Positions 58,908-64,000 of a stretch of 64,000 nucleotides of DNA are shown here, piece after piece. The notes beneath the pieces are model-generated. The model was given only the letters and a program-made list of their open reading frames with translations, did not search any database and was not told where the DNA came from. Location: NCBI GenBank assembly GCA_003331305.1, contig QOQB01000008.1, positions 4,305 to 68,304 of the forward strand, in the 5' to 3' direction. Each line of letters begins with the position of its first letter. The first letter of the stretch is position 1. This DNA is from Flavobacteriales bacterium (GTDB lineage Bacteria > Bacteroidota > Bacteroidia > Flavobacteriales > Flavobacteriaceae). The translations under genes and the position numbers were made by a program.

Positions 58908-59891
58908 ATGAAAATAGCACTAATTACAGGCGCCGCGGGCTTTCTTGGATCACATTTATGCGACAAGCTATTGGCTAAAGGGATGTCAGTTATTGGTATG
59001 GATAACCTAATTACAGGATCTATGTCTAATATTGCGCATCTTGAAACCAATCCAAACTTTAGCTTTATCAATCACGATGTTTGTAAACACATAACGGTCG
59101 AAGGCAGGTTAGATTATATCCTTCACTTTGCGTCCCCAGCAAGCCCCATAGACTATTTAAAAATCCCAATACAAACATTAAAAGTTGGCGCACTAGGAAC
59201 ACACAATGCCTTAGGACTGGCACGTGCTAAAAACGCACGTATTTTGGTTGCCTCTACGTCTGAAATTTATGGAGACCCACTGGTACACCCACAAACCGAA
59301 GATTATTTTGGCAACGTGAATACGATTGGCCCTAGGGGCGTGTACGACGAAGCCAAACGCTATTTGGAATCCATTACTATGGCCTACCATCGCTATCACG
59401 GAGTAGATACGCGCATTGTACGTATTTTTAACACCTATGGCCCCAGAATGCGTCTAAATGATGGCCGTGTTATACCTGCGTTCATGGGACAAGCCATTCG
59501 AGGTGAAGATTTGACGGTTTTTGGCGATGGCTCACAAACACGCTCATTTTGTTTTGTAGAAGATGAAGTTGAGGGGATTTATCGCTTACTTTTAAGCGAT
59601 TATCACCTCCCGGTAAATATCGGAAACCCGGATGAAATATCAATCTTAGATTTCGCACAAGAGATTATTGAGTTGACCGAAACTGATCAAAAAATAGTGT
59701 ATGAACCCCTGCCTAAAAACGACCCTCTTCAGCGCAAACCAGACATTAACAAAGCCAAACAAATTTTAGACTGGGAACCACAAATTCGACGTAAAGAAGG
59801 GATGCGGCGCACCTACTCTTATTTTAAGTCGCTTACAAAAGAAGAATTAAAAAAGGTGGAACATCGCGACTTTACTTCTTTCAAAACCTAG
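58908..59891 (+). CDS. uxs: UDP-glucuronate decarboxylase (UDP-xylose synthase), SDR family
   Basis: 327 aa. Motif [12 protein letters not shown] and catalytic YDEAK, with high similarity in layout to UXS enzymes. Confidence 0.85.
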   Translation: MKIALITGAAGFLGSHLCDKLLAKGMSVIGMDNLITGSMSNIAHLETNPNFSFINHDVCKHITVEGRLDYILHFASPASPIDYLKIPIQTLKVGALGTHNALGLARAKNARILVASTSEIYGDPLVHPQTEDYFGNVNTIGPRGVYDEAKRYLESITMAYHRYHGVDTRIVRIFNTYGPRMRLNDGRVIPAFMGQAIRGEDLTVFGDGSQTRSFCFVEDEVEGIYRLLLSDYHLPVNIGNPDEISILDFAQEIIELTETDQKIVYEPLPKNDPLQRKPDINKAKQILDWEPQIRRKEGMRRTYSYFKSLTKEELKKVEHRDFTSFKT

Positions 59892-59945
59892 AAAAAAGCA
59901 ATAAAACCCTTTGTAGCCCGTTTTAATCTTACCAACCAGTAAATA

Positions 59946-61277
59946 TTGAACACCTTTAGTAAACGCATCTTCTCTTTTCTATTTATGCCTTTCTTGTTTT
60001 TTGAGATTGGGGTATTAATATGCTTTTTATATGCGGTTAAGGATACGTACAGTTTAAATGCTATCATTGGTCCAATTGTTACGCTTTGGGGTTTCAGTTC
60101 GGCGATGGCTAAATTTTACCATTATGAGCGTAGTTTAAACTACACCAAACAGCTTCAGCGGTTTATTTTTTCTTTTGTCCTTTTTTTTATCGTTGCTTAT
60201 CTAAGCAAGCGAATCTTTTTAGAGGCATCAACCCCACCCCTCATTTTATTTGGGGCTTTCTTTTTGGTTGTGCTTGTCACAAAAGCAGTAGCAATTAGCT
60301 TCTTATTTTTGTGTCGAAGAAAGCTTAAAATTTTCCAAAAAAACATTCTTGTTTATGACTCCAAAACGGGAAAACAATTTGTTCAGGATGTCAAAGATTT
60401 AAAAAGAACAGGATATAATATAGTGGTTGTAAATAAGCAGCTTTTTGAAGAAAAAAATGCAACAAAATTAACAGAGACAATTCAAAAAAATAAGATTTCT
60501 TCCATTTATGTCCCCTTCGAAACAGCGTTTAAAAAGTCAGGGGCGCACATACTTAATTTTGGATGGGAAAAGGAAAATGACCTATACTTAGTAGCGAATT
60601 ACAATTCTGTTGCCGCAGGGAATAAGGCACAATTTTTTGGACTTACACAAACCATAAAATACAGGGTAAGCCCGCTTGACATTAAATTCAAAAATGCATT
60701 AAAAAGAACCTTTGATCTTGTTTTTTCTGTTACTGTGATATTGATGTTTATGTCGTGGGTTGTTCCACTTTTAGCACTTTTAATATGCCTAGACTCAAAA
60801 GGCCCCGTATTTTTTATTCAAAAAAGGCCAGGACGTGACGGGAAAATTTTTCCATGTATCAAGTTTCGATCAATGACAGTTAATAATAATACGGAAAAAG
60901 TAGCACTAAGAAATGACGCAAGAACGACAAGCGTGGGGAAATATATTCGCAAAACCAGTATGGATGAGCTGCCCCAATTTTTTAATGTCTTTTTTGGGCA
61001 CATGTCTGTAGTAGGGCCAAGACCAAACCTCACCTCACAGAACGATCATTACATACAAATTTTTGATGAGTATTCAAAGCGAATGTACGCAAAGCCCGGA
61101 ATTACTGGATTAGCACAGATTAGTGGTGCCAGAGGCGGAATTGAGAATGATATTGAAATGAAACATCGTGTCAAATACGACATTTTCTATATTCGTAATT
61201 GGACTTTCGCACTAGATATAAAAATCATTATACGAACGGTATTAAATGTTATTAAAGGAGAGGATAAAGCGTATTAA
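59946..61277 (+). CDS. Initiating polyprenyl-phosphate hexose-1-phosphate transferase (WbaP/WcaJ-type)
   Basis: 443 aa. N-terminal TM block, central Rossmann-like region, and a C-terminal bacterial sugar transferase domain (KRTFDLVFS..., PCIKFRSM, DELPQFFNVFFGHMSVVGPRP). The start is a TTG; ATG 59985 is an alternative. Confidence 0.85.
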   Translation: MNTFSKRIFSFLFMPFLFFEIGVLICFLYAVKDTYSLNAIIGPIVTLWGFSSAMAKFYHYERSLNYTKQLQRFIFSFVLFFIVAYLSKRIFLEASTPPLILFGAFFLVVLVTKAVAISFLFLCRRKLKIFQKNILVYDSKTGKQFVQDVKDLKRTGYNIVVVNKQLFEEKNATKLTETIQKNKISSIYVPFETAFKKSGAHILNFGWEKENDLYLVANYNSVAAGNKAQFFGLTQTIKYRVSPLDIKFKNALKRTFDLVFSVTVILMFMSWVVPLLALLICLDSKGPVFFIQKRPGRDGKIFPCIKFRSMTVNNNTEKVALRNDARTTSVGKYIRKTSMDELPQFFNVFFGHMSVVGPRPNLTSQNDHYIQIFDEYSKRMYAKPGITGLAQISGARGGIENDIEMKHRVKYDIFYIRNWTFALDIKIIIRTVLNVIKGEDKAY

Positions 61278-62167
61278 ACACGAGCTTCGTATCGCTTGGT
61301 TACCAAATAAACTCCCATTAATACCACAACGGCAGCAATCAGTTTTGATGGTGTAAATACATCAGCCCCAACGACGATAGCGTACGCGATACCAATAAGC
61401 GGTTGCAAATACGTAAATACCCCTATAGTACTTGCTTTGAGCTGCTTTAAGGCATACACATTGAGCAGATATGTCAAAAATGTTGTTCCCACAATAACAT
61501 AACCAATTCGCCAAATAGCTTCAAAAGGTAGCGTTGCCCATGAAACAGCAGAGAACTCTTGTGAGGTTATAGGTAGTGACATTAACAATCCAAATAAGAA
61601 TAACCATTTGAGCAAATGAGCGGTAGTGTATTTAGCCGAAAGAGATTTAACTAAAACCAAATACATTCCAAACCCCGCAGCATTGAACAAAAACAAAAAA
61701 TTCCCTAATGGTATGTTGGGCGCGTCTTGACGGAGTTCATTCCCAAAAAGAATTAAAACCAAGGCACCAATAAAACCCAATACAACCCCTATAATTCGCG
61801 GTAAAAGGAGTTTTTCTTTTATTAGAATTGCGGAAAATACAAACACCAAAATAGGAGTAATGGTAATGAGTACAGCACTATTTATAGGAGTAGAAAGCTC
61901 AATGCCTTTAAAAAAGCAAAGCATATTGAGAGCCATTCCCAGAAAGGCACAAAGCACCATTCGTGGAAAATCGGTACGGGCAATACGCTGTTTAGGGACA
62001 AAAAAACTACACACCCAAAAAAGTGCAGTCGCGCCCAACAAACGAACTTGTACAAAACCAAACCCTTGAATATAGGTAGGCATTACCTCTTTAGCAATGG
62101 TATGATTCAGCCCATATATGATAGTTGCGCAAAAAGCCGCCAAAAGCGCGAGAGTTCGTTTATCCAT
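61274..62167 (-). CDS. EamA/DMT-family transporter
   Basis: 297 aa with ten TM helices in two EamA repeats. Confidence 0.8.
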   Translation of the reverse strand: MDKRTLALLAAFCATIIYGLNHTIAKEVMPTYIQGFGFVQVRLLGATALFWVCSFFVPKQRIARTDFPRMVLCAFLGMALNMLCFFKGIELSTPINSAVLITITPILVFVFSAILIKEKLLLPRIIGVVLGFIGALVLILFGNELRQDAPNIPLGNFLFLFNAAGFGMYLVLVKSLSAKYTTAHLLKWLFLFGLLMSLPITSQEFSAVSWATLPFEAIWRIGYVIVGTTFLTYLLNVYALKQLKASTIGVFTYLQPLIGIAYAIVVGADVFTPSKLIAAVVVLMGVYLVTKRYEARV

Positions 62168-62522
62168 CTAGCGCAGTTTTCATTGCTGCAACAGTTGCTT
62201 TCGCATTGCCTAAAAACACCGCATTGTTCCAAACCAGAATGGGTCGCTTTAGGCAGCTGTATTCTGCCTGAAGTAGGTCTTTGTAAATGGCTTCTGTAAA
62301 ATGTACCCCCTCTTTCTTTAGCTGCGCATACTTTCGTCCCCGTTTATTTATAAGGGCTTCATAGCTTTGCGTGTGCGCATATAAAAAAGCCAATTGCTTA
62401 GGACTTGCCTTTTGTTGTTTTACATCTTGTAGATATGGAGCATCTTGAATGCCCAACTCTTTTATAATACGCATGCAAGTCGTACAACTGGATAAGAAAA
62501 GAAATGTGTTTTCCATAGTCAT
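62160..62522 (-). CDS. ArsC/Spx-family thioredoxin-fold protein
   Basis: N-terminal CxxC-like motif SSCTTCMR and the size of the ArsC family. ATG 62522 is preferred because the longer ORF (to 62579) runs over the neighbour's -7 box. Confidence 0.65.
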   Translation of the reverse strand: MTMENTFLFLSSCTTCMRIIKELGIQDAPYLQDVKQQKASPKQLAFLYAHTQSYEALINKRGRKYAQLKKEGVHFTEAIYKDLLQAEYSCLKRPILVWNNAVFLGNAKATVAAMKTALDG

Positions 62523-62574
62523 ACAAAGGTTAGTAAATTCACGGGATTTTAAAGCATCTTTAACCAAACTTAAA

Positions 62575-62582
62575 TACATTTG
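62575..62582 (+). promoter_or_regulatory. -7 promoter box TACATTTG (transsulfuration gene)
   Basis: TAnnTTTG 15 nt upstream of ATG 62597. Confidence 0.45.
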
Positions 62583-62596
62583 TCCAAATTATAGTC

Positions 62597-63751
62597 ATGG
62601 CAGATAAAAAACTAAAATTCAATTCTCTAACCATTCACGGCGGACAAAAGCCTGACAAAGCCTATGGGTCTGTTATGCCGCCTGTTTACCTCACTTCAAC
62701 CTATGCACAAACCAAGCCTGGCGAACACCTTGGATTTGAGTACAGTAGATCTCATAACCCCACACGTTCTGCATTAGAAGCCTCATTAGCCAGTATAGAG
62801 TCTGGTGGGCAAGGGCTAACGTTTGCGTCAGGCATGGCTGCCATTGATGCGGTAATTAAATTACTTCAGCCCGGTGACGAGGTCATCTCAACGAATGATT
62901 TATACGGGGGAACCTATCGTATTTTCACCAAGGTATTTGCATCCTATGGCATCAAGTTTCACTTTGTTCCAATGGGGGATATTGCGGAAGTTGAAAAACA
63001 CATCAATGCAAACACCAAGTTACTGTGGGTAGAAACACCAACCAATCCACTAATGCAAGTTATTGACATTAAAGCCATGGCGTCAATTGCAAAAGCAAAT
63101 AAGCTATTGTTAGCAGTAGACAACACCTTTGCTTCGCCTTACTTGCAACGTCCTTTGGAATTAGGAGCAGATATTGTGATGCACTCTGCTACTAAATATT
63201 TGGGCGGACATAGCGATGTCGTTCTCGGCGCGTTAGTCCTAAACAATGAGGACCTTGCCAATCGTTTGGCATTTATACAAAACGCGAGCGGTGCCGTACC
63301 AGGGCCTATGGATGCTTTTTTGGTGCTTCGAGGGATTAAAACACTACATGTAAGAATGCAACGACATTGTGAAAATGGGCGTGCCGTTGCTGAATTTTTG
63401 GCACAACATTCCAACATTGAAAAAGTGTATTGGCCTGGATTTGAAACCCACCCAAACCACAATGTTGCGAAGGCCCAAATGGATGATTTTGGAGGTATGA
63501 TTTCGTTTGTACACAAAGACAACAGCCTTAAAAAAGCGACTCAAATAGTTTCCTCCTTAAAAGTGTTTACCCTTGCAGAATCCTTGGGTGGTGTGGAAAG
63601 CTTGGCAGGACATCCTGCGAGCATGACACATGCATCTATTCCAAAAGAAGAACGCGAAAAAACAGGGGTAACAGACGGGCTTATTCGCCTAAGTGTTGGC
63701 ATTGAGGACAAGGAAGATCTGATTGCCGACTTGACACAAGCTTTAGGCTAA
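62597..63751 (+). CDS. PLP-dependent transsulfuration enzyme (cystathionine gamma-synthase/lyase family)
   Basis: 384 aa. Cys/Met-metabolism PLP family with the PLP lysine in HSATKYLGGHSDV. Exact specificity cannot be determined from the sequence. Confidence 0.85.
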   Translation: MADKKLKFNSLTIHGGQKPDKAYGSVMPPVYLTSTYAQTKPGEHLGFEYSRSHNPTRSALEASLASIESGGQGLTFASGMAAIDAVIKLLQPGDEVISTNDLYGGTYRIFTKVFASYGIKFHFVPMGDIAEVEKHINANTKLLWVETPTNPLMQVIDIKAMASIAKANKLLLAVDNTFASPYLQRPLELGADIVMHSATKYLGGHSDVVLGALVLNNEDLANRLAFIQNASGAVPGPMDAFLVLRGIKTLHVRMQRHCENGRAVAEFLAQHSNIEKVYWPGFETHPNHNVAKAQMDDFGGMISFVHKDNSLKKATQIVSSLKVFTLAESLGGVESLAGHPASMTHASIPKEEREKTGVTDGLIRLSVGIEDKEDLIADLTQALG

Positions 63752-63793
63752 GTTTTAAAATAAAACGTAAATTCGATTACCAAACTAAATCTT

Positions 63794-64000
63794 ATGAAAC
63801 AGATTATCAATGGGTTTTTGAGTGAAGTCAGTAAGCGGAATGCCCAAGAACCTGAGTTTATGCAAGCGGTAACCGAAGTGGCCCAAACCGTATTACCCTA
63901 CATAGTGGCAAATGACATCTACCATGGCAAGAATATCTTAATGCGTATGGTAGAGCCAGAGCGTGTAATAATGTTTCGCGTACCTTGGGTAGATGACTTG
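63794..64000 (+). CDS. gdhA: Glutamate dehydrogenase, N-terminal fragment (runs off the window)
   Basis: My translation from ATG 63794: MKQIINGFLSEVSKRNAQEPEFMQAVTEVAQTVLPYIVANDIYHGKNILMRMVEPERVIMFRVPWVDD, a typical NADP-GDH N-terminus. Confidence 0.8.
   Translation, partial: MKQIINGFLSEVSKRNAQEPEFMQAVTEVAQTVLPYIVANDIYHGKNILMRMVEPERVIMFRVPWVDDL

Noticed and set aside
1-64000. Search for CRISPR arrays, IS elements or transposases, integrases, prophage genes, toxin-antitoxin pairs or known defence systems
   Set aside because: I saw no spaced direct-repeat arrays, no terminal inverted repeats flanking an ORF, and no proteins with DDE, tyrosine-recombinase, restriction-modification, Abi or nuclease-NTPase hallmarks. 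The only exception is the AddA-like repair helicase. The scan was done by eye only.

Overview
This window looks like a chromosomal segment of a Flavobacteriia-type Bacteroidota genome. The evidence is the absence of Shine-Dalgarno sequences, at least 18 TAnnTTTG -7 promoter boxes just upstream of start codons, and typical flavobacterial gene families. About 75% of it is densely packed housekeeping: purF/purN, acpP-fabF-rnc, pyk, dinB, rbfA, dusB, lepA, rnpA, rpiB, rnr, glnS, gltX, ybeY-mnmG, holB, pgk, tatA, one tRNA-Cys, and a partial gdhA at the 3' edge. The last quarter (about 48.1-61.3 kb) is a Wzx/Wzy-type surface-polysaccharide locus. It has a mosaic of low-GC and high-GC genes and an unusual Wzy-like/GT4 fusion protein. 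I found no CRISPR array, transposase, integrase, prophage or recognisable defence or toxin system, and I cannot support a claim of a novel multi-gene system. The most noteworthy signals fall outside ordinary gene calls. Two parS sites bracket mnmG. A 413-bp AT-rich intergenic region carries DnaA-box-like motifs and direct repeats and is a weak oriC candidate. A TonB-C repeat protein gene is interrupted by a single in-frame TGA. GlnRS and a SulP transporter both carry uncharacterised C-terminal extensions. All protein assignments rest on motifs I recognised in the supplied translations; no database search was run.
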